Both the position numbers and the translations under genes were made by a program. The notes beneath the pieces were generated by a model. It saw only the letters and a list, made by a program, of their open reading frames with translations, was not told the origin of the DNA and did not search any database. Of a DNA stretch of 64,000 nt, positions 34,306-43,897 are shown in pieces; positions within the stretch are counted from its first letter, which is position 1; the number at the start of each line of letters is the position of its first letter. This DNA is from Candidatus Nomurabacteria bacterium (lineage in GTDB: Bacteria; Patescibacteriota; Minisyncoccia; Phycocordibacterales; UBA918): assembly GCA_020632015.1 (NCBI GenBank), contig JACKGI010000001.1, forward strand, positions 23,574 through 87,573, in the 5' to 3' direction.

Positions 34306-35778
34306 ATGCAGATTAAATCATCTGACATACCAAAAGAAGTAAAGAATGTAGCAGAAACCCTTGAAAATAAGGGTTTTGAAGCATATATAGTGGGTGGCTG
34401 TACTAGAGATTTATTTTTAAACAAAACCCCAAAGGACTGGGACCTAACCACAAACGCTCATCCCGAACAAATTCAAGAATTATTTCCAGAACATTATGCA
34501 AATAACGACTTTGGTACCATTGGTGTCAAAACTGAATCTGAAGACGAAAAACTTAAAATAATTGAAGTAACTCCATATCGTTCAGAGAGTGGGTACAGTG
34601 ACGCCAGACGGCCAGATGAGGTCACTTTCGGAGTATCTCTAGAAGAAGACTTACAGCGAAGGGATTTTACTGTTAACGCTTTGGCTTATAGAATCTCTAA
34701 TGATACATTGGTCGATCTTTTCAACGGCACTGGGGATTTGAAGGCAAAACGATTAAAGGCTGTTGGTAATGCCAACGACCGCTTTGCTGAAGATGCTTTA
34801 CGTATGATGAGAGCTGTTCGGCTTGCTGCTGAGTTAGATTTTGTTATTGAGAGTGAAACGATGGCTGCGATAATCAATAATAACAAGCAATTAAGCCGTA
34901 TTTCTATAGAAAGAGTATCTCACGAATTCATCAGAACCGTAAATTCGCAAACTCCAATGCAAGGAATTGTGTTTATGGAAAAACTTGGCCTTTTGGAGCA
35001 ATTTCTTCCTGAATTAATAATTGGTATTGGGGTAGAACAAGGTGGAATACACCAATATGACGTATACGAACACAATTTGCGAGTAATGCAGGCGGCGGCA
35101 GACAAAGAGTACTCACTGGCTTTACGTCTAGCGGGCTTGTTTCATGATATCGCTAAGCCTCAAACACGCCGAACTGGTGGCAAAAATAAACAATATACCT
35201 TCTTTGGTCACGAAGTAGTGGGAGCAAGAATGACTAAGGAAATCCTAGCTAGACTGAAGCTTCCACGTGAACTTATAGATGAAGTTGTGTCACTTGTGAG
35301 GTGGCATATGTTTTTTGCCGACCCTGACGAAATCACTCTTTCAGCTGTTCGTCGGACAATAGTAAGAATAGGGGAAGATCATATCGACGACCTACTAAAC
35401 CTTCGTGTTTGCGACCGAATTGGCATGGGTAGACCAAAAGAACAGCCTTTTAGGTTCCGAAAGTACAAAGCAATGGTTGATGAGGCTTTACGCGACCCAA
35501 TTTCAGTCAAAATGTTGAAAATAAATGGCGACACAATTATGGAAATCTCAAACGAGAAACCAGGTCGTAAATTAGGCTATGTTCTACACGCTCTTTTAGA
35601 GGAAGCTTTGGAAGAACCAACCAAAAATACTGTTGATTATATGGAAAGTAGGGCTCTAGAACTACTTAAATTACCCGAAAATGAGCTTCAGATACTAGCA
35701 GAAGCAGGTAAGAGGAAGCAGGCTGAAGAAGAAGCCAAAGCTATAAAGGACATAGAAAGAGAGCATAAAGTAGGATAA
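34306..35778 (+). CDS. cca: CCA-adding enzyme (tRNA nucleotidyltransferase) with HD domain
   Basis: 490 aa with GGCTRDLFLNKTPKDWDLTT (class II NTase motif), RRDFTVNA and the HD region LFHDIAKP. Confidence 0.9.
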   Translation: MQIKSSDIPKEVKNVAETLENKGFEAYIVGGCTRDLFLNKTPKDWDLTTNAHPEQIQELFPEHYANNDFGTIGVKTESEDEKLKIIEVTPYRSESGYSDARRPDEVTFGVSLEEDLQRRDFTVNALAYRISNDTLVDLFNGTGDLKAKRLKAVGNANDRFAEDALRMMRAVRLAAELDFVIESETMAAIINNNKQLSRISIERVSHEFIRTVNSQTPMQGIVFMEKLGLLEQFLPELIIGIGVEQGGIHQYDVYEHNLRVMQAAADKEYSLALRLAGLFHDIAKPQTRRTGGKNKQYTFFGHEVVGARMTKEILARLKLPRELIDEVVSLVRWHMFFADPDEITLSAVRRTIVRIGEDHIDDLLNLRVCDRIGMGRPKEQPFRFRKYKAMVDEALRDPISVKMLKINGDTIMEISNEKPGRKLGYVLHALLEEALEEPTKNTVDYMESRALELLKLPENELQILAEAGKRKQAEEEAKAIKDIEREHKVG

Positions 35779-36651
35779 AGGACAAGTATTCTACTTTGTT
35801 TAGGGTAGTAGGGTAGCGTAGATACAGTATCTATTACCATGATAGCCCTTTTTATTTTCTTGAGTGAAGTTCGAGAGAATCGAGAAAATGCGAGGAAGGT
35901 GTGTGGGGTATTCTCTGACCACAATATTGGGTCTAGGGGAGCCTAATGCAGCCCGCTACCATCATATTCTCCCCTTGGAGGGGGTCGAATCTGATGAAGC
36001 GTCTGACTATTTTCGCAATATGCCCCTAAAGGCATTTGCTCAAACAAAAAAAGGCCTGAAGGAATCGGGAGCCAATCTTGTGGTGGATTGATCAGCTGCC
36101 GGTGCCTTCAGGCCTTATGGTGTGAGCTTTTACTTTGGAGGATTATGGTAATCCTAGATGGCGCTTATTAATGAAGCTAACCAGTTCCGAAGCTCTACGT
36201 TGTAAGAGATTACTTTTTGTGACTTCGCTATCTAGTTGATTGCAATGTCTGAATCTCTATTAGGGTGGGATGTTATGAACGTTTTGAGTGTAAGGATATT
36301 GCTATCCTTGGAGGTAATACTCAATTGTGTTTTGGAAGATCTCTTTAAGGGTTACTCTCAGGGTTTTATTAGGAAACTTTTCTGAACAAAACTCTGAGAG
36401 TGACTGCTCGCCCTTTCTGGGCCTACCAATAATATACTCCTTCTCAAGGACATGGTAAAGGACACACATGTGAATAACTGGGGATAAGTGTCTTTTATAA
36501 ATTATGTTTGACAATATCGACTTTCGTGTTATTACCATGCACAATATATTATCTATTACACGGCCTAAAATAACATTATTTCTACAGATTACAAAAAGCC
36601 TCACGTAGTATTTTGTGAGGCTTTACATTTTTGAAAAGTGTTTTATTTATT

Positions 36652-37464
36652 TTACAGCTTTAGGCTGAGCTCAACTGAGACGGGGCAATGGTCTGAGCCC
36701 ATTACACTAGAATGTATTTTCGCACTCTTTAAAACTGAAGTGAGCGATTCGGAAATCATGACGTAATCAATCCGCCAGCCCACATTTCTTTCTCGCGCTC
36801 CGCCAAAGTGACTCCACCATGTATAAAGTTCTGGAGTACTAGGGTGTAGGTGGCGGAGCGAATCCACGAACCCTTTTTTAATCATTGCATCGATTCCTGC
36901 CCGCTCTTCACTAGTGAATCCCTTTTTGCCAACATTTGGTTTTGGTCGAGCCAAGTCAATTTCATTATGGGCGACATTAAAGTCACCACAAAATATAACG
37001 GGTTTTTCTTTTTGGAGCCTGTCCATGTACTCAAGATATGCAGGATCCCATTGTTGGCGCATAGGGATTCTAGACAAATCATCTTTGGCATTTGGTGTAT
37101 ATACTGTACTTATATAAAATGGCTCAAACTCTGCTGTTATTACACGACCCTCCTTTGTCGTGTCTCCGTAGCTGTCAGAAAGCTTATATTTAGCCTTGAT
37201 GTCCTCTGGAAGACCATTGACTACATCAATTGGAGAGTGTTTGGTGAAAATAGCCGTGCTAGAGTAGCCTTTTTTCTCAGCAGAATGCCAATATTGCTCA
37301 TATTCTGGAAATAATGCTTCCATTTCCTCAGCTACCTGCTCTGGCTGAGCCTTAGTTTCCTGAATACACAGCACATCCGGCTTGTGTTTGGACATAAATG
37401 GCTCTAATAAACCCTTTTTCTGTACCGCTCGAATACCATTAACATTCCATGAGTATATTTTCAT
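36652..37464 (-). CDS. xth: exodeoxyribonuclease III
   Basis: 270 aa with MKIYSWNVNGIRA, CIQETK, GDFNVAH and SDHCPV. Confidence 0.93.
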   Translation of the reverse strand: MKIYSWNVNGIRAVQKKGLLEPFMSKHKPDVLCIQETKAQPEQVAEEMEALFPEYEQYWHSAEKKGYSSTAIFTKHSPIDVVNGLPEDIKAKYKLSDSYGDTTKEGRVITAEFEPFYISTVYTPNAKDDLSRIPMRQQWDPAYLEYMDRLQKEKPVIFCGDFNVAHNEIDLARPKPNVGKKGFTSEERAGIDAMIKKGFVDSLRHLHPSTPELYTWWSHFGGARERNVGWRIDYVMISESLTSVLKSAKIHSSVMGSDHCPVSVELSLKL

Positions 37465-37914
37465 GCTTTATAGTCTACCTGATTCCCAAAATAGTTCGAG
37501 CCCAAGAGGGCTAGTAATATATTTAAAGCTTATTTTTAAACGTACAAAGTCGGTACCCGGCTAGGATGTAAAACTTTTACTTGCTTTTCAAGATAGTTTT
37601 AGTAGTATTTGATTTGGACGAGAAACGGAGATTGGATGAAGCTGCTGGCGTGCTCGACACGCAACAAAGAAATTTGTGCAGTCGCTTGGGTTCGAATCCC
37701 TTGATCCGGTTTTTGAAATAGCTCATTTTGCGTAGATCATAAAGGTAACGCCGAGTTTGTCTGGTAACAGGACTAGAATATTCCCTTGGTATTCCCAGGT
37801 GGGAGACAGTGAAGTAATCTTTCCGGAGATTATGGAGTCAACCCTGAAACACCACCCACTATGAGTGAACATATTACTTTCGTTGAGACTGCATACTGTT
37901 CAAAAACCTTGTCC

Positions 37915-37945
37915 CCCTTCCCGTAAAACGGAAGGGTTTTTATTT
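37915..37945 (+). terminator. rho-independent terminator closing the non-coding region upstream of the GH gene
   Basis: CCCTTCC(C)G, loop TAAAA, CGGAAGGG, followed by TTTTTATTTATT. Confidence 0.75.
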
Positions 37946-38023
37946 ATTCATATTCAAAAAAGTCCAACTTCGTCCCAGCTGCTAGATAAAAGGACACATG
38001 GGTAAAATGATACAATCTCTTGT

Positions 38024-39001
38024 ATGGATAAATACTCGGATAATTATTCTCCAACTGGAAGATTGCTATGGGACTCTTGGTTTATAAACAGAAAAGATGA
38101 ATGTCATGTTTTTCATCTACAATCAAGATCAAAGATAAATCCCATAGAGAGGCACACGCGTGGCGCATCGATTGGACACGCTATCTCGAAAGACTATATG
38201 AATTGGCAAGAACAACCAACGGCACTAATCCGAGGGGAAAGAGGGGAATGGGACGATAAAGATTTGTGGTCTGGGAGTGTGGCTGAGAAAGATGGTGTTT
38301 ACTACCTATACTATGGCGGAACGAACAGCGCGCCGAAGATGGAAAATATTCAAAAGATTGGTTTGGCTACCTCAAAAGACTTACATACATGGGTCAAGCA
38401 TCCTCAAAACCCCATACTGGAAGTCGATTCTCGGTATTACCAACTAGATAATGAAAGAAATGCTATCGGAAAAATCGGAGCTTGGCGTGACCCGTTTGTA
38501 TTTAAGGACCCTAATTCAGAAAAAAGATACATGACTATTTCGGCTCGAGTTAAAGGCGAAAGTAGGGAATACAATGCTTGTGTTGCCCTGGCTGAGTCTG
38601 ACAACATGACTAATTGGAAAGTGTTGCCACCAATATTTAGTCCTGGTGTATATGACGAAATCGAAGTCTCCCGAGTAATATTTCATTCCGGTCTGTATTA
38701 TTTGTTTTTTACTACCCATGCAGGTAATTACAAACCAGACTTTGCCCAAAAACACGGCGCCCATGAAGGTTTGCATTGTTACTACTCTGAAAATTTGTTT
38801 GGTGGTTATAAACCAGTTAATGGAAACGGGGTAGTTTCTAGTAACGGTGACGAAATTTACGATATCAGGGTTCTTCATATAGTAGACAACGACTTCATCG
38901 GCATCGGGTGGTTAAATCATGATGAGGAAGGTAAATTTATTGGCAAACTTTCACATCCGATGAAAATCCGAATTGAAGGCGACAGAGTATATGAAATATA
39001 G
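38024..39001 (+). CDS. glycoside hydrolase, GH68/GH32-clan five-bladed propeller (fructosidase/levansucrase-like)
   Basis: 325 aa with LWDSWF (nucleophile motif), WRDPFVF (RDP motif) and DEIEVSR (DEIER-like acid/base motif). Confidence 0.65.
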   Translation: MDKYSDNYSPTGRLLWDSWFINRKDECHVFHLQSRSKINPIERHTRGASIGHAISKDYMNWQEQPTALIRGERGEWDDKDLWSGSVAEKDGVYYLYYGGTNSAPKMENIQKIGLATSKDLHTWVKHPQNPILEVDSRYYQLDNERNAIGKIGAWRDPFVFKDPNSEKRYMTISARVKGESREYNACVALAESDNMTNWKVLPPIFSPGVYDEIEVSRVIFHSGLYYLFFTTHAGNYKPDFAQKHGAHEGLHCYYSENLFGGYKPVNGNGVVSSNGDEIYDIRVLHIVDNDFIGIGWLNHDEEGKFIGKLSHPMKIRIEGDRVYEI

Positions 39002-39108
39002 ATACATACAGTAAATCTATTTGTTTAAAATATAATTGACACGACTCAGGATAAAATGTATTTTTCAAAAGAACGTTCTTCCGCACTTTTTTACAAAGGG
39101 AAACCAAA

Positions 39109-39357
39109 ATGCGTAATTTTACAACCGTCATCATCCGTAACGAACATCTTCCAAAAATTGAAGAAGATCCTCACTTCGGTCGACAACTCGCAAGTGCCAT
39201 TAGGTCACTCAAAGACGAGCCGGAACAGACATTGGACGTTCCAGCAAATGGATACGATCAGTCAACTCCAGATGCAGCTACTGTGATTTGTCAGTTCGAC
39301 TCAGAGGACACAAAAAGGATTGTGTTTACTGGAGACAGCGCCAGACTTTTGCCTTAA
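39109..39357 (+). CDS. hypothetical protein (82 aa)
   Basis: An ORF with an AGGGA about 7 nt upstream of the ATG. No motif recognised. Confidence 0.45.
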   Translation: MRNFTTVIIRNEHLPKIEEDPHFGRQLASAIRSLKDEPEQTLDVPANGYDQSTPDAATVICQFDSEDTKRIVFTGDSARLLP

Positions 39358-39454
39358 CAGTTGACCTCACCCATCTTCCATCCGTCAGCACTATTATATG
39401 TGTTGGCGGATTTTATTATTTATCAATATATTTAAGTGTTGATATACTATATAT

Positions 39455-40408
39455 ATGTATACGAAAAAAATTCTTTTGGGCAGTTTATTAATATTATTGA
39501 GTATTATTGTCTTTCTGTTTGTGTTTGAAGCGCTGACTATAAATAACAATGATAAAACTACACCTCCAAACTCAGACGTAGAGACAGAACAAATATTGTC
39601 TTCAGACACAAAGAATATTACCCTCCTAATCAGTGGTGAGCCAATCACCCTGCAAAACGGGGTATCAGAAATGGACATTGCTGACGACTCAGAAAGCACA
39701 AGAGTTGTGCGCTATTTTGGTAACGAAGTCGAACAAGATATTGATAACGATGGTGATTTGGATAAAGTTTTTCTAATAACTGAAAATACTGGTGGAAGCG
39801 GGACTTTCTTTTATGCGGTTGGAGCAATTAATGATGACGAACACTACTCCGGAACAAACGCTATGTTTTTGGGCGACCGAATTGCACCCCAAACTACTGA
39901 AACAGCCGATAACGGAGAAGTGATTGTAAATTATGCCGAGCGACTACCGGCCGAACCAATGACTACTCCGCCTTCGGTAGGAAAAAGTATGTGGTTGAAG
40001 TACGACGTTGAAAGCAACAGCTTTGGGGAAGTGGTGCAAGATTTTGAGGGAGAAGCCGCTACTAACGCTCCAGAAAAGGCTGACTTAATACAAGTTACTA
40101 CCCCTGAAATAGGGAGCACGGTAAGTAGTCCAATAATAGTGGCTGGTGAGGCTCGGGGTTATTGGTTTTTTGAAGGATCATTTCCAATTAATGTTGTTGA
40201 TTGGGATGGGCGAATAATCGGTGAAGGCTTTGCTACAGCAGAAAATGATTGGATGACTGAGGATTTCGTTTCCTTTACCGGAACCATTGAATACGACCTG
40301 TCAGCCGATACGCCTTATAAAAGGGGGGCTATTATTTTCAAAAAAGATAATCCATCTGGTTTACCAGAGCATGATGACGCACTGGAGATACCTGTAATGT
40401 TGGAGTAA
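39455..40408 (+). CDS. membrane-anchored protein with C-terminal Gmad2-like immunoglobulin-like domain
   Basis: 317 aa with an N-terminal TM helix. The C-terminus VSSPIIVAGEARGYWFFEGSFPINVVDWDGRIIGEGFATAENDWMTEDFVSFTGTIEY fits the Gmad2 Ig-like pattern. Confidence 0.6.
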   Translation: MYTKKILLGSLLILLSIIVFLFVFEALTINNNDKTTPPNSDVETEQILSSDTKNITLLISGEPITLQNGVSEMDIADDSESTRVVRYFGNEVEQDIDNDGDLDKVFLITENTGGSGTFFYAVGAINDDEHYSGTNAMFLGDRIAPQTTETADNGEVIVNYAERLPAEPMTTPPSVGKSMWLKYDVESNSFGEVVQDFEGEAATNAPEKADLIQVTTPEIGSTVSSPIIVAGEARGYWFFEGSFPINVVDWDGRIIGEGFATAENDWMTEDFVSFTGTIEYDLSADTPYKRGAIIFKKDNPSGLPEHDDALEIPVMLE

Positions 40409-40561
40409 TACTAGTGAACAGCCACCAATTCTTCTCTTTGTAGCTTGTGTTTATTACTGTGTGTGCTTTAATGCAAGTACGAAACGAAGCTCCTCTTGAA
40501 GTTTGAGAAGACGAGAAAGGCGCAGTGAAGTTTTGTAGTTAAAAAAATAAAGCAAAATAAT

Positions 40562-40819
40562 ATGAAAGGTTCAATCGTACGAAAGCGAGACGAAGGTTAT
40601 GGATTTATCAAGCCAGTTGATGGAGATAAAGATGTATTCTTCCACGCTTCTGCACTAGTAGATATCGATTTCGATTCTCTAAACGAAGGTGACATGGTTA
40701 CTTTTGACATTGAAGAAGGTCCAAAAGGTCCTGCTGCAGGAAACGTACAACGAGCTTCAGATGACGCCTCAGCTCCAGCAGCTGACGACACTGCAACTGA
40801 AGACGAAGCTGCTGCGTAA
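40562..40819 (+). CDS. cold-shock domain protein with acidic Ala-rich tail
   Basis: 85 aa with RNP1-like GYGFI and RNP2-like VFFHAS. The 5-prime UTR is long (about 150 nt). Confidence 0.88.
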   Translation: MKGSIVRKRDEGYGFIKPVDGDKDVFFHASALVDIDFDSLNEGDMVTFDIEEGPKGPAAGNVQRASDDASAPAADDTATEDEAAA

Positions 40820-40840
40820 TTAATTTACGTCAGTTATATA

Positions 40841-40879
40841 AAAGAGGTGCGAGCTTTAGCTCGCACCTCTTTTATTTTG
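40841..40879 (+). terminator. rho-independent terminator after csp
   Basis: AAAGAGGTGCGAGC, loop TTTA, GCTCGCACCTCTTT, followed by TATTTT. Confidence 0.85.
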
Positions 40880-40929
40880 TTTAATTAAATAGCCAAGTCT
40901 AGAAACTACTCTGATATAATGTCTTTACT

Positions 40930-41319
40930 ATGCTCTTTCTTTCAATAGTGCAAAACTATTTACTTTGGCATTATTCCCGTGCCTTTAAAGAAATTTTTCA
41001 TGTTTGGCTAAACTTCATTTGGTTTACACTACATTTTTTTTCAATCCCACAACTAATGCGTTCTTGGCTTTCTCCATGGAAAAGAATTACTGAAAGTCGA
41101 GGAAATAAATGGAGCTTCGAAGACCTAGCTGGTTTTATTATCATTGGTTTTATTTCTAGGATAATTGGTTTTATTCTACGCACTTCAGTTATAGTTGTCG
41201 GTCTAGTCTCACTTTCAGTAGTTGTCTTAATCGGTCTTGGAACTTTTGTTTTCTGGATTTTTGCACCGCTAATCATCATCGCCATGCTTGTCTTTGGAAT
41301 AACCTTAGTAATTTCTTAG
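40930..41319 (+). CDS. small polytopic membrane protein upstream of the Clp-type ATPase
   Basis: 129 aa with several hydrophobic helices, 13 nt upstream of the next gene. Confidence 0.6.
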   Translation: MLFLSIVQNYLLWHYSRAFKEIFHVWLNFIWFTLHFFSIPQLMRSWLSPWKRITESRGNKWSFEDLAGFIIIGFISRIIGFILRTSVIVVGLVSLSVVVLIGLGTFVFWIFAPLIIIAMLVFGITLVIS

Positions 41320-41332
41320 TTATTACATATAT

Positions 41333-43774
41333 ATGAATACACTTGAAAAAAGTATTAAGGAATATGAACCAGCAATCAAGCTAGCGTCAATGACCAGCCG
41401 GAAAGTATTATCTTTTATCAGAAAATTTTCTTTTACCGGTCTTTCTATTAGTAGTTTTGGGGCATTGATTGATTATTATTACCTAGACTTAGGTTACGCC
41501 ACAACTCTACTCGGGACATCCCTAATCTTTGGAGCGGTTTGGCTTGAACAAATGTTGGTTTACTCCTTTCACAATAGTTACTATTTCCGCGGACTTAATT
41601 CTCTAATTGGGTTAGAAGAAGAATCTATCGAAGGAGCCACTTATGATATAGCTGAGACATTAATCAAACATCCGGAAGATACGACACTAGCTTTTTGTTC
41701 TTCCTTACTTGGCTCAAACGCCCTGATGAGAAGTGGTCTATCTCCAGAATCAATTGATTCCTACCTTAGTTCGCCACGAAAAAAAATTCCGGCCAATACT
41801 GTAACTCTGCCTGAAGATGAAATTTTCAGTTTAATTGGTTTAGGAAAATACCTACTAATGCATGACATTGGTTTTAATGATTTAGTAAAATCAGCAGGAG
41901 TATCAGAAGATGTTTTTATTGGCTCTTTGCGTTGGGTAATTGGTTCTTATCACCAAGAAAAAAGACGAGCCAGATGGTGGAGCAAAGATAATCTTTCGCG
42001 CACAACTGGTATTGGTAGGGAGTGGACCTACGGGACAGCCTTTTTGCTTGAAAAATTCTCTAGAGACATTCGAACCAGTGCGGTCTTTTCAACCCTAACC
42101 TTAGACAGTAGTTTTGGTAAAGAAAAAATATCTGAAATAGAATCAGCCTTAGCCCGAACCCAATCATCAAATGTTTTAATTATTGGAGAAGCTGGTGTTG
42201 GAAAAATAGACTTGGTCATGGAAGTTTCTCGTCGGATGAGACTGGGCAAATCCTTGGATGCGATATCTGGAAAACAAATAATCGTTCTCGACACAACGAG
42301 ACTATTTGCCCTCAATAAAGATAAGCAGTCTTTAGAACTTACTCTAATCAACATGTTTGACGAAGCCACAATGGCAGGAAACATAATAGTGGTCATAGAA
42401 AATATAAGTAAGTTTATTCGTGAAGCAGAATCAATGGGGGTATTTATTCCTGAACTCCTCGACCAATATTTGGCTTTGCCTCAAATTCAAATTGTTGCCA
42501 CTGAAACACCAAGTGAATATCATACCCACCTTGAAACTCTTGGTTCTTTTGCCCGTCGTTTCGCAGAAGTACTAATAGATAGTCCAGATTTATCGGCCAC
42601 TACCCGAATTTTACAGAATATTGCTGTAGAGAATGAATTTAGATACAAAATATTTTTTACCTATGGTTCCCTAAAGGCTATCACCACTTCTGCTGATAGA
42701 TATATAGTAGAAGGTGTTATGCCAGATAAGGCAGTGGAACTCCTAGTTGATATCGCCACCAAAGCAAACGAAACGAAAACTCAAGTAATCACAGAAGACT
42801 TCGTCTATGAAGTCGTGGGGAATAAAACCGGCGTACCGGCTGGACCAATTCAAGACACAGAACGTGACCTACTACTACACCTAGAGGACCGACTCCATCA
42901 ACAGGTGATTGGACAAAACAGCGCACTCAGCGCAATCGCAAGAGCAATGCGTAGAGCCAGAGCGGGTATTCAATCATCAGAAAAACCAATCGGGTCTTTC
43001 TTATTCCTTGGTCCAACAGGAGTAGGTAAAACTGAAACAGCCAAAGCTCTGGCAAATATATTCTTTGGGGGAGAAGGAAAAATGCAAAGATTAGACATGT
43101 CCGAATATAGTGGCTCTGATGCTTTGGAAAGATTATTGGGAACCGGGGAAGATGTTGGCACCTTGCCAACCCTGCTTCGTGAACACCCATATTGCGTTCT
43201 TCTTCTGGACGAACTTGAAAAAGCATCTCAAGCTGTACATGATGTTTTCCTGCAAGTTTTAGATGAAGGAGTTTTTACTGATGCAAGAGGTATAAAGATT
43301 AATGCTCGTAACACTATTATCATCGCAACTTCAAACGCCGGTAGTAATCTTATTCTCAAAACGGTTCAGTTAAGGAAAGAGTTGTCACATCTAGCGCAGG
43401 AAATAATTGACAGCATTGTTCGCGAGGGGGTTTATCGACCAGAACTAATAAACCGTTTTGACAGTACGATTATATTTGAACCTCTGACAGTAGAGCAACA
43501 AACAGAAGTGGCCAGCTTGATGATAAAAGATTTATATAAACGAGTCGAAGACAAAGGGTATGAACTAGATGTAAGTAATGATGTATTAGAGATTTTAGCC
43601 GAAAAAAGTTATCATCCTGAGTTTGGGGCCAGACCAATGCGTCGTGTCCTTCAAGATGTTATTGAGGAAAAGGTGGCTCAAAAAATTATTTCTGGGTCAG
43701 TAAAAAAAGGTGACGTAATTCGTCTTGGCCTAGAGGATTTCACCAACGAAGAATTTGAGATTCAGGGCACTTAA
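41333..43774 (+). CDS. membrane-anchored ClpA/B/C-family AAA+ ATPase with degenerate first nucleotide-binding domain
   Basis: 813 aa. The N-terminus has two predicted TM helices followed by Clp_N-like repeats. D1 Walker A reads GEAGVGKID (Ile where Thr/Ser is expected) and Walker B reads IIVVIEN (no DE). D2 is canonical: GPTGVGKTETAKALA, VLLLDELEKA, ATSNAGS, GARPMRR. Confidence 0.8.
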   Translation: MNTLEKSIKEYEPAIKLASMTSRKVLSFIRKFSFTGLSISSFGALIDYYYLDLGYATTLLGTSLIFGAVWLEQMLVYSFHNSYYFRGLNSLIGLEEESIEGATYDIAETLIKHPEDTTLAFCSSLLGSNALMRSGLSPESIDSYLSSPRKKIPANTVTLPEDEIFSLIGLGKYLLMHDIGFNDLVKSAGVSEDVFIGSLRWVIGSYHQEKRRARWWSKDNLSRTTGIGREWTYGTAFLLEKFSRDIRTSAVFSTLTLDSSFGKEKISEIESALARTQSSNVLIIGEAGVGKIDLVMEVSRRMRLGKSLDAISGKQIIVLDTTRLFALNKDKQSLELTLINMFDEATMAGNIIVVIENISKFIREAESMGVFIPELLDQYLALPQIQIVATETPSEYHTHLETLGSFARRFAEVLIDSPDLSATTRILQNIAVENEFRYKIFFTYGSLKAITTSADRYIVEGVMPDKAVELLVDIATKANETKTQVITEDFVYEVVGNKTGVPAGPIQDTERDLLLHLEDRLHQQVIGQNSALSAIARAMRRARAGIQSSEKPIGSFLFLGPTGVGKTETAKALANIFFGGEGKMQRLDMSEYSGSDALERLLGTGEDVGTLPTLLREHPYCVLLLDELEKASQAVHDVFLQVLDEGVFTDARGIKINARNTIIIATSNAGSNLILKTVQLRKELSHLAQEIIDSIVREGVYRPELINRFDSTIIFEPLTVEQQTEVASLMIKDLYKRVEDKGYELDVSNDVLEILAEKSYHPEFGARPMRRVLQDVIEEKVAQKIISGSVKKGDVIRLGLEDFTNEEFEIQGT

Positions 43775-43801
43775 TTAAATTAATTTGCTCTAGTTAATCA
43801 T

Positions 43802-43836
43802 AAAGGAGCCGAAGCTACCGCTTCGGCTCCTTTTAT
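43802..43836 (+). terminator. rho-independent terminator
   Basis: GGAGCCGAAGC pairs with GCTTCGGCTCC, followed by TTTT. Confidence 0.85.
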
Positions 43837-43897
43837 AATCTAATCAGAGCTTTATTTTAGCCATATTAGCCAACTTGCTTAGACTGGAATACAATAT

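Noticed and set aside
34038-34451. A 137-aa minus-strand ORF.
   Set aside because: It overlaps tRNA-Arg, its terminator and the start of cca, so it is spurious.
35255-35275. A further CACGTG-containing sequence inside cca (GCTTCCACGTGAACTT).
   Set aside because: It matches parS at only 11/16 positions, with both outer flanks wrong. It is probably chance.
35985-36010. A CTGATGA string suggesting a hammerhead ribozyme core.
   Set aside because: No stem II followed by GAAA can be drawn, nor flanking stems I and III. It is a chance heptamer.
37634-37708. A tRNA-like 75-nt segment (GGATGAA ... GGGTTCGAATCCC TTGATCC).
   Set aside because: The T stem would have only 3 bp. The anticodon position is a long hairpin with a 4-nt GAAA loop, no D arm can be drawn, and the acceptor has a mismatch. 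It is not a tRNA gene; I kept it only as part of the unexplained non-coding region.
35779-38023. An attempt to place RNase P RNA, tmRNA, SRP RNA or 6S RNA in the long non-coding gaps.
   Set aside because: The universal cores are not present. I found no GAGGAAAGTCC / ACAGAACCCGGCTTA for RNase P, and no GGGG...TTCGAC 5-prime end or tRNA-like ...CCACCA 3-prime end for tmRNA. I also found no GNRA-capped helix with the AGCA/GGAA loops for SRP. This needs covariance-model scans, so no call is made.
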